This document shows positions 1-11,379 of a stretch of 64,000 nt of DNA, piece after piece. The notes beneath the pieces were generated by a model. It did no database searches. It saw nothing but the letters and a program-made list of their open reading frames with translations, and had not been told where the DNA came from. This stretch comes from Hypanus sabinus (lineage: Eukaryota). Positions within the stretch are counted from its first letter, which is position 1. Every line of letters starts with the position of its first letter. The translations under genes were made by a program, and so were the position numbers. The stretch covers positions 16,988,001-17,052,000 of the forward strand of contig NC_082733.1 in assembly GCF_030144855.1 (NCBI RefSeq), given 5' to 3'.

Positions 1-180
1 GTTTCCTCCAGGTGCTTCAGTTTCCTCCCACAGTCCAAAGACATACCCGTTAGTAGGATAATGGGTCATTGAAAATTGTCCCGTGATTTGGCTCGGATTA
101 AATCGGGGGTTGCTAGGCGACGTGGTTCACAATGTCAAAAGAGCCTGCTCTGTGCTTTATCTCAATAAATAAAATAAAAT
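1..180 (+). mobile_element. tRNA-derived V-SINE (HE1-like), 3' part, truncated by window start
   Basis: V-SINE core motif GTTTCCTCCaGGTGCTtCaGTTTCCTCCCACAGTCCAAAGAC followed by a LINE-like tail and an (AAATA)n end. Confidence 0.75.
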
Positions 181-308
181 TTTAAAATACAATGATTTCT
201 CATTTCTCCAGAGAAATAAATTTAACAGAGAATCACAACATATGACTTATCACTTTTGTCACAGTATTGTTTAATTTCTCTGTCCTTTGATTTACAGAGG
301 AATTAACT

Positions 309-560
309 CAGTGGTCCCCAACCTCCGCGCCGTGAAGCATGCGGGAGTGCAGCAGGTAGGCCGAATGCACCCAGCACACCTTTAAGAAAAAAGCCAAAAT
401 AAACGAGCTAATTAATGAGGTGCCGCACGTAATTAATTAGCTTGTTTATTTCAGCTTTTTTCTTAAAGATGTGCTGGGTGCGTTCCGCCTATCTGCTGCT
501 CCTCCTGCCATGGCTTCGCGGCCCAATATCGGTCCGCGGCCCGGAAGTTGGGGACCACTG
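309..560. mobile_element. hAT (Charlie-like) MITE, almost fully palindromic
   Basis: TIRs CAGTGGTCCCCAAC (309) / GTTGGGGACCACTG (560); 8-bp TSD AATTAACT (301-308) vs AATTAATT (561-568); long internal inverted repeat. Confidence 0.9.
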
Positions 561-979
561 AATTAATTAATCCCCTCTGCTCTGACTATCTGTTACTCTG
601 AAGCTGCTTGAAGCTGTTCACCAGTGGCTGATGGGAATGTAAACGCACCATCCCTCTCCACAAATACCTGCCTTAAAGCTGACGATTACACAAGTTTTTG
701 CCTTTATTACTAACCATGGGGATAATTTCCCCTGGAATGAAAGCATTAAGTTTACAATGAAATATTGCGGCACCTGAGGGCAGGAATTGGAGTGAGATGG
801 TGGCAACATTGCTGTTCAGATCTCAGACGCAGAGTTGTAATCAGATGCCTTCTTACATTCCTGTTCCTGGTTTGATAGGTTTCCACCATTAACCAAGCCC
901 CATGACATCACTGGCAGATTATTCACCTGTCGTGAGTCTAGAGGGGAATATTGAATATTGTAAAAACAGACAAAACAGT

Positions 980-1240
980 AATGCAGTGAGTAGAGTTGTT
1001 GCTTCACAGTTCAAGTGACCCAGGTTCAACTTTGACATCCGATTGTTCCGTAGGAGTTTGCATGTTCTCCTTGTGACTGCGTGGATTCCTCCTGGGCATT
1101 CCGGTTTCCTCCCTCACCTCAAAGTCTTGTGGAGAGAATAAAATGGGATTAGAGCACCATGATGGTAAATGGCACTTAATTGTTGGTGTGGACTCGATGG
1201 GCCGAAGAGACTGCTGTGCTCTGTATAACTCCATGACAAC
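980..1240 (+). mobile_element. V-SINE/HE1-like SINE with CR1-type tail
   Basis: tRNA-like head with B-box-like GGTTCAACT; V-domain GGAGTTTGCATGTTCTCC..GTGGATTCCTCC..CCGGTTTCCTCCC; CR1-like tail GATGGGCCGAAG..CTGTATAACTCCATGAC. Confidence 0.75.
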
Positions 1241-1379
1241 CGTGAGTAACTTGCACTGAATTTCAAATATAATGAAGCATCCCAAAATATTTCTCAATGA
1301 CAATATCAAACAGAACTTGGCACCAAGTCTGTCAGGGGGTTCAGGAGCTTGTGCCACACCAGTAATAATAGAGTAATTC

Positions 1380-1580
1380 GTGGCTGTGGACTCACTTTCA
1401 TGAATTTCAGTTCTGAACGTTATTTATTCACTTTTATTGTTTGCACTATTTGCTTTTTGCTGCACATTGGGTGTTTTAATGGATTTCTTTGTTTTGTGGC
1501 TGTCTGTAAGGAGACAAATCCTAAGGTTGTATATAGTATACATACTTTTATAATAAATGTGCTTTGAACTTTGAACTACT
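1380..1580 (+). mobile_element. 3' tail of non-autonomous retroposon
   Basis: Shares GACTTT..TCTGAA..TTATT..ACTTTTATTGTTTGCA..TGCATTGGGTGTTT with 49270-49400; ends AATAAATG plus (TTTGAAC)n. Confidence 0.5.
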
Positions 1581-1705
1581 TCTAGGGGATGCAAGAGACA
1601 AGTAAAAACAGAGAGCAGGGATCAAAGCGATGTAGAGGTGGAGGAAATTCCTGAGATGGGGGAGCGTGAGTCTTTGAAGTTGGAAAACCAAGCCAAGGGC
1701 ATCTC

Positions 1706-4446
1706 TGGGGAGCAAACATATTCCCCAAGATAGATCTATGCAATGTTTACAACCTGGTTCACAACCGAGAAGGAGACAACTGGAAGAGAGCATTCAACAC
1801 CATCTCTGGCCACTTTGAATACCTAGTGATGCTATTTGGTCTGGCCAACCACCACTCCACCTCCAAACTGTTTTTATGGCCATATTCAAGAACGTGCACC
1901 TGGATATGTCGAGTAAGTGTTTTTTAAAAATGTATTTGGACCACATTCTTATCTATGCTCACTCTCAACAGGAACACATCCACCATGTCTGGAAGGTTCT
2001 CAGACACCTCCTCGAGGACAAACTTTACGTCAAGCCAGTGTGAAGGTGTCATTCTTGGGCTCCATGCTCACCCCTTCCAGTTTTCAAATGGACCACTGTA
2101 AAGTTTAGACAGTCACGGAGTGGCCCAAACCATCTATGGTCAAAGAGGTGCAGTGCTTCATGGGGTTTGCAAACTTTTATCACCACTTCATCAGAAAGTT
2201 CAGTTCCGTCACAGTTCCCATCAATACACTCACCAAGAGATCTCTGCAGGGTTCCTACGAACAAGTGAACCAGCCCAATCATTCTCAGAGATAAAACGAT
2301 GCCTCACCACTGCACAGGAGCTGCAACATCCAGACCCAACCCATCCATTCACTGTCAAGGTTGATCCGTCAGACGTCAGCATTGGCGTTGCACTCTCCGA
2401 GAGCTCGTCTGCTGATAGTTGGCTGCACCCCTGGGCTTTTCGTTCCTGTCGCTTGACTCCTGCAGAACTTTTGGTTGTCAAGAAGGCACTGGAGGCAACA
2501 CAAGCTGCAGGGACAGAGCATCTCTCTCTGAGCATAAGACCCTCTCCTACATTAGTAAAGCCAAGAGACTCTACTCCCTTCAAGCCCATTGGGCTCTCTT
2601 ATTCACTCAGTTTAATTTCACCCTCACCTACCATCCTGGCAGCAAGAGTACCAAGGCCAATGATCTCTCCTGCCCATTTTGTTATCTCGGAGGACAATGC
2701 CAGTCTAGAGTCCGTCCTTCTTCACTTGTGCAAAACTGTCTTGGTGATTTGGGAAACAGAAAAAAGAGATGAAGGGATGGAGGATCCAGATCCAAATGGG
2801 GAACCTCTCAACCAGCTCTTTATCCCTGCAATTGGAATGGGATCACTCTTTCTATCTGGTTGACCAGCCAGGAATTCAATGGACCATGGAATTTATAGAT
2901 ATGATTTTGGTGGCCATCTATGTCCCAAGATGTCCACGATTTCTCCTCTGCCTGTCCCACTTGTGTCCAGAACAACATGTCACATCGGCACCCTGCTGGT
3001 CTGCTCTGTCTACTGCCTGTACCTCACCGCCCGCAAGTCCCACCTCTCAGTGGATTTCATCATTTGATAAGAACACTACTATTCTGGTAGCTGTGGAATC
3101 GATCTCCAAAGCAGCTCACTTTACTGCTTTCCCCAAGCTCCCATCTGCTCGGGAAACTACCACCCTCATTGTTCACTCAGGACATAGAGTCTGATTGAAG
3201 ACCATAGTTCATGTCACATTTTTGGAAGGTTTTCTGTTCTCTTCTGGGAGCTATCGCCAGCCTCTCATCAGATTTCCACCACCAACCTAAAGGCCAGATT
3301 GAGAAAGTGAATTAGGAGCTGGAGACAACCATGTGCTCCCTTATCTCTTCTAACCTCACAACCTGGAGCTCCCTACTGGTCTGGGCAGAGATTGACCACG
3401 AAAACTTCCGGTCATCCTCCACTGGCATGTTCCCTTATGAATGCCCAAAGGGACTCCAGCCACTGCTCTGCCCTGACCATGAGACTGATATGGGAGTTCC
3501 TGCTTCTGAACAGTTGGTCCACATGAAGACAGGCCAGGGTTTCTCTGCTGTGTCATCAGAAACAGCTCCACTGACAGATGAGGCTTCTCAGAGGTCTGGC
3601 TGGCATCTAGAGATCTTCCTTTGAGAAAGAGAGTCACAAGTTGGCCCCATGCTACAAAGGACTATTCACAGAGAAGAAGGCTACTAAGAGAGTTATAGAC
3701 TGTGCCTACCACCATCTATGTAGATTCACTCAGTTTTCCATGTTTCCCACCTCAAGCTGGCAACTCCCTGCACCTTTGCTCCTGTCCACCCCTCCCCACC
3801 CCACTTAATGGCTGCGTCCCTCATATATTCTGTGTGAGGCCCCCTAGCATCTCGCCGGTGCAAGGCAGGGTCTAGAACCTTGTGCACTGGGAGGTATATG
3901 GCTCAGATGAATGTTCTTGGCTTCTAGCCCATGGACAAGTCTCTCTTCTGGGACTTCCAGAGGGCATATATATCAGGCACTTGGGGAGCTGGGCCTTGGG
4001 AGTGGAGCCATGTCAGAACCATGGAGGATGGGCGCCCAGCAGACAGGCAGCTGAAAGGGATCTGCAATCATGCTTGCGTTCCAGCCAATCAGGACCTCTA
4101 GGTGGTTGTGTTTAACTCCCTTCTTGTCACTTCCGTCTTGTCAAGTCTTGACCGAAGCACAGCAATGACAATGCTCCCTGCTTACTTTAGTCCACATTCC
4201 AGCAAGGAACATTACAATTTAGATTGACGCTGCAAAGGCGTGGTATTAATTCAGTATTAAGTTACTGCTTCCAAGCCACAGTGATGGTGTTAGATATTAG
4301 CTTGAGAGTTTTAGTTAGTGGCCCTGTTGGCCGAGCGCTTTCTGTTTTTCTTCTGTTCTGTACAGTTCTTATGAAAACTCAGTGAATTCATTCAACTTCA
4401 GTGTCTCTCCTTCTGCATTTGGGCCAGCGCCGACTCACTGTGTCAC
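1706..4446 (+). mobile_element. Degenerate, 5'-truncated Ty3/Gypsy chromovirus-type LTR retrotransposon (RT, RNase H, integrase, chromodomain, 3' LTR)
   Basis: [49 protein letters not shown] (~1706-1850); RNase H LQHPDPTHPFTVKVDPSDVSIGVAL; integrase ILVAVESISKAAHFTAFPKLPSARET; chromodomain VHWEVYGSDECSW (~3882); many stops and frameshifts. Confidence 0.9.
4011..4446 (+). repeat. 3' LTR of the chromovirus-type element
   Basis: Starts TGTCA after a purine-rich tract; ends ..TGCATTTGGG..TGTCAC, typical of fish Gypsy LTR U5; right end approximate. Confidence 0.6.
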
Positions 4447-4804
4447 CTATAGCCCTGTTGATCCTTATCAACAGGTGAAAGCCTCATCTGTATCTTTGAT
4501 ACCTGTACACTTGACATCCAATACAATCTATAGCCCAACTTCCACAGTTTCTATATCTAAATGTATTGAAGAAAATAGGATAGATGGCCCCACATTGCTG
4601 AGTAACAGAGCAAACTGGAAATCTGAAATTTTATTGTTAGGTTTAGCATAAGCATGTTCTCTACACTCTTTGTTTTTCTAAAACTGCCATAGGAGGCCTT
4701 CCACAGCCCAAAAGAGGACTAGTTTTAAATTCCCCTACTGAAAATTAATTAGATTGTTTTAAAATCTATTTTTGAGATACTAGATATTTTGGGGAAGGTG
4801 ACCC

Positions 4805-5100
4805 AAATCTGAGGCCCCCCATTGACCATAGAACGTGCTGTCTACCTGATAAGCAAGCCTGGACAGTATGAAATGGAGAGCAAGCTGTTACCCATGCAGC
4901 AAAGCAGATTCCCCTTCCCATACAGCTGATGAATCCAAACGAACGGCAGAGGTCCATACAGTTTGGCACCAGTGGGGCTGCAGGAGGTGTTGAATTCAAT
5001 GCAGGGCTGACTTAGGACTCCAGCTCTGGATTTTTCCTTGTGATTTACTCCGGAATTCTTCCCCGCGGGTGGGTACAGCCGCAAGTATGGAGAGTCCAAC
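4805..5100 (-). mobile_element. RTE-clade-derived short retroposon fragment
   Basis: Reverse strand ..CTCCTGCAG..GGTGCCAAACTGTATGG..TGGATTCATCAGCTG..CCAGGCTTGC resembles RTE-type non-coding ends (recollection, not searched). Confidence 0.45.
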
Positions 5101-5304
5101 TTGTTACATTGATCGGGGAGCCACAATGGAAAACCTTCTAAAATTTTAATTTGCTTGTCGTGAGGGTAATATACAATGGCTCTCTAAGTAGCTATTGAAG
5201 AAACAGATTGAATATTGCAAGATAGCAGACACAATAATAAATAAATTGGAGGCATTACTTCAGTGCTAGACAGAGATTTTCATTGTCAAACGCTGTCAAT
5301 AGTT

Positions 5305-5430
5305 CCAGAACACATCACAGAATGCTGAAGAACTCCGCAGATCAGGCAGTATCTACGGATGGAAACAAACAGTCAATATTTTGAGCCGATAGCCTTCCCA
5401 GACCTTGTCTCTGCTGCGTTCCTCCAGGAG
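5305..5430 (-). mobile_element. Penelope-like (PLE) terminal-repeat remnant with short inverted copy
   Basis: Degenerate match to the 14256-14348 tail; GAAGAACTCCGCAGA (5326) is inverted to TCTGCTGCGTTCCTCC (5410). Confidence 0.6.
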
Positions 5431-5692
5431 TCACTTAACACTATTTGAATTACCAATGTCTGTGTGAAAGCGGAACTTTAGAATCAAAAAGTAATACAGA
5501 GCGAAGACTTTCTTCCAACATTTCCTAGACATCCTCAAAACTCCAGATCGATAGACAGTAAGACTGACATTGTTCAGGCTGTACATTTTCTGTAGAATTG
5601 TTCATTTCTGCCTCCACCCTGTGCACCATTGCATTATCTTGAGCAAGAAGAAGGAGCTCCAGTCATGCTATGGAAATTGGATCCGTCAGTAC

Positions 5693-6195
5693 TGTGGGTT
5701 GAGTCGTTCTCCAATCTTGACGATTTACTTGCAAACTTTTCATCACCACGTGAGGAGACATTGTCAGTGCACTGTTGATTGTGGTCTGTCCCGCAAGTAT
5801 ACTTTTATATACTTCTCGATCAGCTGATTGAACATAATTTCAGAAGCTCAGTTGTGATGTGGTGAGGAAATCTCGTCGCTGATTAGCTGTGTGGAGAACT
5901 TTGTACGTTGTGGTCTGGAATTTTGCCTGCACCAGCTCATAAATAGGATCAAGGTCAGTGTGTTTGTTTACTGAATTGGGAAAACCATGCTTCTGGGAAT
6001 TTTCTCGCATGGCACGTCTTCACTTGATCTTCTTGGTCAAGACTAGGAAGAGCTGGTTATGCTGCTTTATGGCCAGTTGCTGTTCATGGAGACTTGTGGC
6101 TAGTTTTCTCCCAATTTAGTGACCTAATATTTGCTGCAGTCCACGCTTTGGATTTTGTGAGCACATTGGTCTTGTCCAATAGCTTGGTTCGTACA
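5693..6195 (-). mobile_element. Penelope-like element 3' fragment (GIY-YIG remnant plus pseudo-LTR with hammerhead motif)
   Basis: Reverse-strand peptides DKTNV..KIQSVDCSKY..IGRKLATSLHEQQLAIKQHNQL and HARKFPEAWFS..SVNKHTDLDPIY; hammerhead-like core at 5730-5772. Confidence 0.8.
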
Positions 6196-6572
6196 CTACC
6201 CATGAAGATTGTGAGGGGCACAAATTCGACTGGGCATCGGTGAAAGTCATGGCACAAGCAAACACGTGGCATGCAGGGGAATTCTTAGGAGCGTGGCTTT
6301 CCGTGAACAAACTCATAGACCAAACCCTGACCACAACGCACAAAGTTCACCACACAGCCAATCAGCAACAAGATTTCTTCCCCATATCACAAATGAGTTT
6401 CCAAAATGACGTCCAGTCAGCTGATTGAAATGTATATAAAGGCAAAGCATCCAGAGGACAGACCACAATCAATAGCGGATTGACAATGTCTCCTCGCATG
6501 GTGATGAAACATTTGCTAGTACATTGCCAAGGTCAGAGAAAAGCTCAACCCAACCATCAACCACCCGAGCAA
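6196..6572 (+). mobile_element. Penelope-like element 3' fragment, inverted relative to 5693-6195
   Basis: HEDCEGHKFDWASVKVMAQANTWHAGEFLGAWLSVNKLID (PLE GIY-YIG C-terminus); 6431-6560 is the reverse complement of 5695-5812. Confidence 0.8.
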
Positions 6573-7049
6573 CATGTCTTTGGAATTATTTCCATACTAT
6601 TCACTGGCTCAAAGTTAGGCTTTGAGATATTACGACCACATGTAATTGAGGCTGCACTAATGACTGGTAGTACTGTTAGGGAAAACGTTCTTCACTTTAA
6701 TGCCAGTTGTCTCATTTACTTTACCTTTTCAATTCAAGTGACTTCCATTCCGTGATCAGCTTAGTTTTTCCGTGAGCATTAATAAAGCACAAGGTCAATC
6801 ACAAAAGGTTGGTGGTATTAATATCAAAACGCAGTGCTATTCCCATGGTCAGATAAGCAGTACATTGGTTGCTCCAGAGTTGAAAATAAAAATAAGCTGT
6901 ATGAATTTACACTGCGTTTGAATGAAAGAAATATGATGTATTCTGAAGTACTTCAACATTGGTGTAAAGTACTTCAAAGGAAGCATATTCTTCCGATAAG
7001 ATGGCAATGTGTTCAATTGCAACATCTTCTATGGGGTTAACCAAAGGTG

Positions 7050-7535
7050 CTATTGTCCTTTTTAAACATATTTTTTTACAATCACCAGATCCTGCTGGAC
7101 ACTAAGAACTTAAAGTACTGCAGGTCTACCCCATTAGCGAGCTGCTGTTGGCAGAGAAAATGAAGGAGTCAGACGGTGGAGAAGGTGCTGCTGTCCGCGA
7201 CAGGGAGGAGTCGGCGAGCGAAGCTGGTGTGCAGCCTAACAGTGAGCGGTCTTCCCAGTTACTCTTCATGTAACCACAAGACCCTGTTGGCCGTTGCTAA
7301 AGTGGATTGCTGCAGCTCCGATTCAATGACTTATTGCCGGAGAGTGGGGTGGACGGCGGGGGGACTGCACGGCCTCGGTCAGAGCGAGGACCAGGCCTCA
7401 AGCCATGGTGTCACCTGTTTACAGCTGCCCTGGAGAGAAGCACCAGAGTCGGTGCTCTCCACCACAAGCAGTGCAGTGCAATGTCAGTGCTGCTCACCAA
7501 CACTGTTCCGTTTGGCTGGGTATTCATGTAACTTA
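7050..7535 (+). mobile_element. GC/CpG-rich non-autonomous retroposon-like repeat
   Basis: CpG-rich block in AT-rich DNA; 3' motif TTTGGCTG(G)TATTC shared with 43755-44060; no coding homology recognised. Confidence 0.45.
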
Positions 7536-7673
7536 GTTAAACCACATATTTTAACTGCTTAACTATATTGTTCATGGGATATATATTTAAATTAGATGGC
7601 ATTTTATTTGCAAGGAGTGTTATAAAATCCAATTCCATGGAAATAAATACAAGTATCAGGATTAACGGCATAA

Positions 7674-8167
7674 GGTTCGTCCATCATCATCGACGAAGAC
7701 CTCGACACCAGGTCGAGACCAGCACTTGATTTGGATTTAAGTGAGGGAGAGTTGCGCAGCATCAGCCTCATTCTGCCTTCCCAATTCCCATCTGGATCCA
7801 GTGGCAAGGCAAGAGTCGAGACAGCTGGAGATGGGACTATGCGCAGTGGATGACCAGGACATCTTCTGTGTCTTGTCGCGCTCTGTGCATTCCACAACGC
7901 TTGCAGAGACCACCTTCTTGATTGGTGGACCTTCCATTGGTCTCGTCTGCTCAGTCCGCTGGAATGTGCTGGGATGGACGACTCCCGATCTCGCCGTCGG
8001 CTACCCTCACCTGGTTCAGCCGGCCGGCCGAGGCCGTTGCCCGGGGTGTGGCCGCTGTCGCGTCCGAACAGCTACGGGGAGCCACAGGTGAGAGCTGAGT
8101 GCCAGGTGGGGACCAAGGTGGAAAAACCGCCTGAGGTGCTACCCCTCCCCGACACCCCATACACCCT
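7674..8167 (-). mobile_element. RTE/BovB-type internally deleted short retroposon
   Basis: Reverse strand GGGTGTATGGGGTGTCGGGGAGGGGTAGCACCTC..GGTCCCCACCTGGCACTCAGCTCTCACCTGTGGCTCC..GAGGCTGATGCTGCGCAACTCTCCCTCACTTAAATCCAA..(GAT)n; flanking direct repeat GGCATAA (7667-7673 / 8168-8174). Confidence 0.75.
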
Positions 8168-8534
8168 GGCATAACGACCCAAGCAATGGTGAGCTAGTTG
8201 TTTAATAAAAGCCTGAGTGAGGAGAAGCAGGACGAGGCCACATGATCCCTCAAGTCTACTCCACCAGTCAATATGAAGATGGCTGATCAACTGCATAGGG
8301 TGGTGGGCAGTATGCTAATTGGAGGGATATAATCACGCCAGCATGGGAAATGACAGTGGATTTGGGATTTAATTACATATTAAGTAACTTTGGAGAGCAA
8401 TGAGGCTGAAAATGGAGTAGGTAACAGAGATAAAACAGATACCTGTGGGTATATTTTAGGTCATGACAATGGATTTGAAATAGAGAAGGTGAGTCCCTGA
8501 AGTGAGAAAAACACTAACACTATCACCTAACGTA

Positions 8535-8860
8535 CATTCTGCCCGTTACACCTGCTGGTGTTTAGAGCAGCAATGAAGGTCCTCCTGCTCTATCTGTCGT
8601 TGGCCACTCAGATGCAGAAGGATTTGTCTTTACTGTTTCCATAATGATTTTGTTTTGCCAGTCAGGGTTGTTAGCCCTGAGCTGAACCCTCGAACCTGGA
8701 GGACCAGAGAACCACCCTCAGTCTGGCCTCCACCCTTCAATCTGTTTGGCATGAGTGGGCCTACAAAGAGCCAAAGCATAAAGCCCTGACTCCTGCCAGT
8801 ATAGTTCTCTGGGTCACTGAGGCTTCAAGCTTCCAAACAACAAGAAGGTTGTGCTCCTCC
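8535..8860 (-). mobile_element. RTE-like short element, interrupted near its end by the Rex1-like LINE (resumes ~11085-11095)
   Basis: CAGGGTTGTTAGCCCTGAGCTGAACCCTCGAACCTGGAGGACCAG motif typical of RTE-type ends; sequence appears to continue as TCTTGGAGGAC after the LINE. Confidence 0.5.
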
Positions 8861-11083
8861 TGGCCGCCGAGGGAGTTCACGGCTGTTATCATCACAGCGT
8901 TGTACATTCCGCCGCGGGCTGATACTGACCTGGCTCTCAAAGAACTCGTTGGAGACTGCATATCCGGAGGCAGTCTTCAACATTGCTGCTGACGTTAATC
9001 GAGCGTCGCTGATGAAAGTCTCTCCGAAGCCTTGTCAGCACATCCAGGTGAGAACTCGTGGAGATAACACGCTTGACCGCTGCTACACTCCCTTCCACAA
9101 CGCTTGCCAGGCTCTCCCATGCCCAGCTTCTGGAAAAAATCAGATCACTCTTCGATCCTGCTCTTGCCAACATACGGGCAGGAGCTGAAACAAGAGGCGG
9201 CCATAGTCAAAAGCGTCCACTGTTGTTCAGCCAATCGGCTTCCATGCTGCAGGACTGCTTCAGTGACGTCGACTGGAGTGTCTGCCATGATGAGGATGTC
9301 TCCGAGTTCATGGATGGAGTCACGTGCTTCATCTGGAAATGCAACGAAGATGTTGTCCCTCAGAAGTCGGTCAGGGTCATCCCGAATCAGAAACCCTGGA
9401 TCAATAGTTCCATGTGAGCAGCCCCTACAGCGTGACATCGCGCTTACGTCGCTGGAGATCAGCTAGAGCTCAAGGAAAGCTATAATCTGCCCAAAGCTAT
9501 CAAGGCTGCGAAACAACAATAGAGGGAAAAGACTGAGTCAAGATTCACAAAGAATAGCACATGTGACTTGTGGCGAGGGCTGCAAACCATCGCAGATTTC
9601 AATGCCGAACGTTGTGGTGCCACCTACATCGCAACCTCTCTCCCCGATGAACTCAATCGGTTTTATGCTCAGATCGATGTTGCTAACTCTGAGCCTCCGA
9701 GGAAAGCCACCGCTACAACCTGCAACCTGGTCATCTCTGAGGCTGTGGTACGCAGATGTTTCCAATGAGTGGACAGTCGCAAGGCTGTGGGACCGGACAG
9801 CATCCCAGAGCGAGTACTCAGGATGTGCACAGCACCACTGGCAGGTGTGTTTACTGATATTTTTAATCTCTCCCTCTCCCAGGGTAAACTGCCCTACAAT
9901 TCGCTTAACAACACAACTGATCAACAGATGATGCAATAGCCACAGCTCTACACACAGTCCTTACACATCTGGAGAAGAAGGATGCTTATGTGAGAATGAT
10001 GTTCTTGGACTACGGTTCAGCATTCAACACCATAATTCCACCCAGGCTCGACAAGAAGCTCAGAGACCTTGGCCTTGACCCTGTCTTGTGCAGCTGGATC
10101 CTGGACCTCCTGTCGGATCGCCAGCAGGGTGAAAGAGTGGGCTCCCTCATCTCCAACCCTCTCAATACAGGAGCCGCTCAGGGCTGCGTTCTGAGTCCCC
10201 TCCTTTACTCCTTGTATACCCATGACTGTATCGCCACCCACAGCTCCAATCTGCTAATTCAATTTGCCAAAGACACTACATTGATTGGCCTTATCTCAAA
10301 CAATAACGAGGGAGCCTACAGGGAAGTCATCTCACTGACACAGTGGTGTCAAGAATACAATCTCTCCCTCAGTGTCGCAAAAACAAAGGAAATGGTTATG
10401 GATTACAGGAGGAATGGAGATAGGCTCGCCCTTTTGACATCAATGGATCTGGGGTTGAGAGGGTGAACAGCTTTAAGTTCCTCAGCATCCATATCACTGA
10501 GGACCTCACGTGGTCTGTACATACCAGCTGTCTGGTGAAAAAGGCACAACAGCGCCTCTTTCACCTCAGACGGTTAGGGAAGCTTGGTATGGGCCCCCAA
10601 ATCCTAACAACTTTCTACAGGGGCACCATTGAGAGCATCCTGACCAGCTGCATCACTGCCTGGCATGGGAACTACACTTCCCTTAATCGCAGGACTCTTC
10701 AGAGAGTGGTGCAGACAGCCCAGCTCATCTGTAGTTGTGAACTTCCCATGATTCAGGATATTTACAAGGACAGGTGTGTAAAAAGGGCCCAAAGGATCAT
10801 TGGGGACCTGAGTCACCCAAACCACAAACTGTTTCAGCTGCTACCATCTGGGTAACAGTACTACAGCATAAAAGCCAGGACCAGCAGGCTCCGGGACAGC
10901 TTCTTCCACCAGGCCATGAACTCATGCTGATTTTAGTGTACTCTATATTACATTGACTGTTCTATTTATTATAAATTATTATAAATTACTATGATTGCAT
11001 GTTGCTCATTTAGATGGAGACATAACAAAGATTTTTACTCATCATGTATGTTAAGGATGTAAGAAATAAAGTCAATTCAATTC
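8860..11083 (+). mobile_element. Rex1/Babar-like LINE, 5'-truncated and degenerate (endonuclease C-term, RT, 3' UTR)
   Basis: [88 protein letters not shown]; AATAAA plus (AATTC)n tail. Confidence 0.9.
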
Positions 11084-11379
11084 TCTTGGAGGACCCAATG
11101 TACAGACTAGGAAAAACTGTTCGTGAAATTTGAAAGTTTGAAAGTTCTTGCTCTTTATTGGCAAACTTCCTTTTTGATCTATTTCGTGTTCAGTTACACC
11201 TGATATTATGATTGCTCAGATTTATAAGCGTTAAATCATATCAACATGTTCACAACTATAAAGCAGATGGCAACAAGCAGCCAAACCTTTGTAATCCTTG
11301 ATGATTTATTAGCGTTTCTTGATCTGAGAGATGTTTTCATGCCTTGAATTTCACAAAAAGTGGGAGAATTACCAGAATT

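Noticed and set aside
2120-2863. 247-aa ORF, the longest in the track
   Set aside because: Frameshifted Gypsy pol remnant, not a host gene.
4915-4965. CTGATGA..GAA hammerhead-like words in the RTE-like fragment
   Set aside because: No GAAA with compatible stems II/III or a cleavage triplet could be built.
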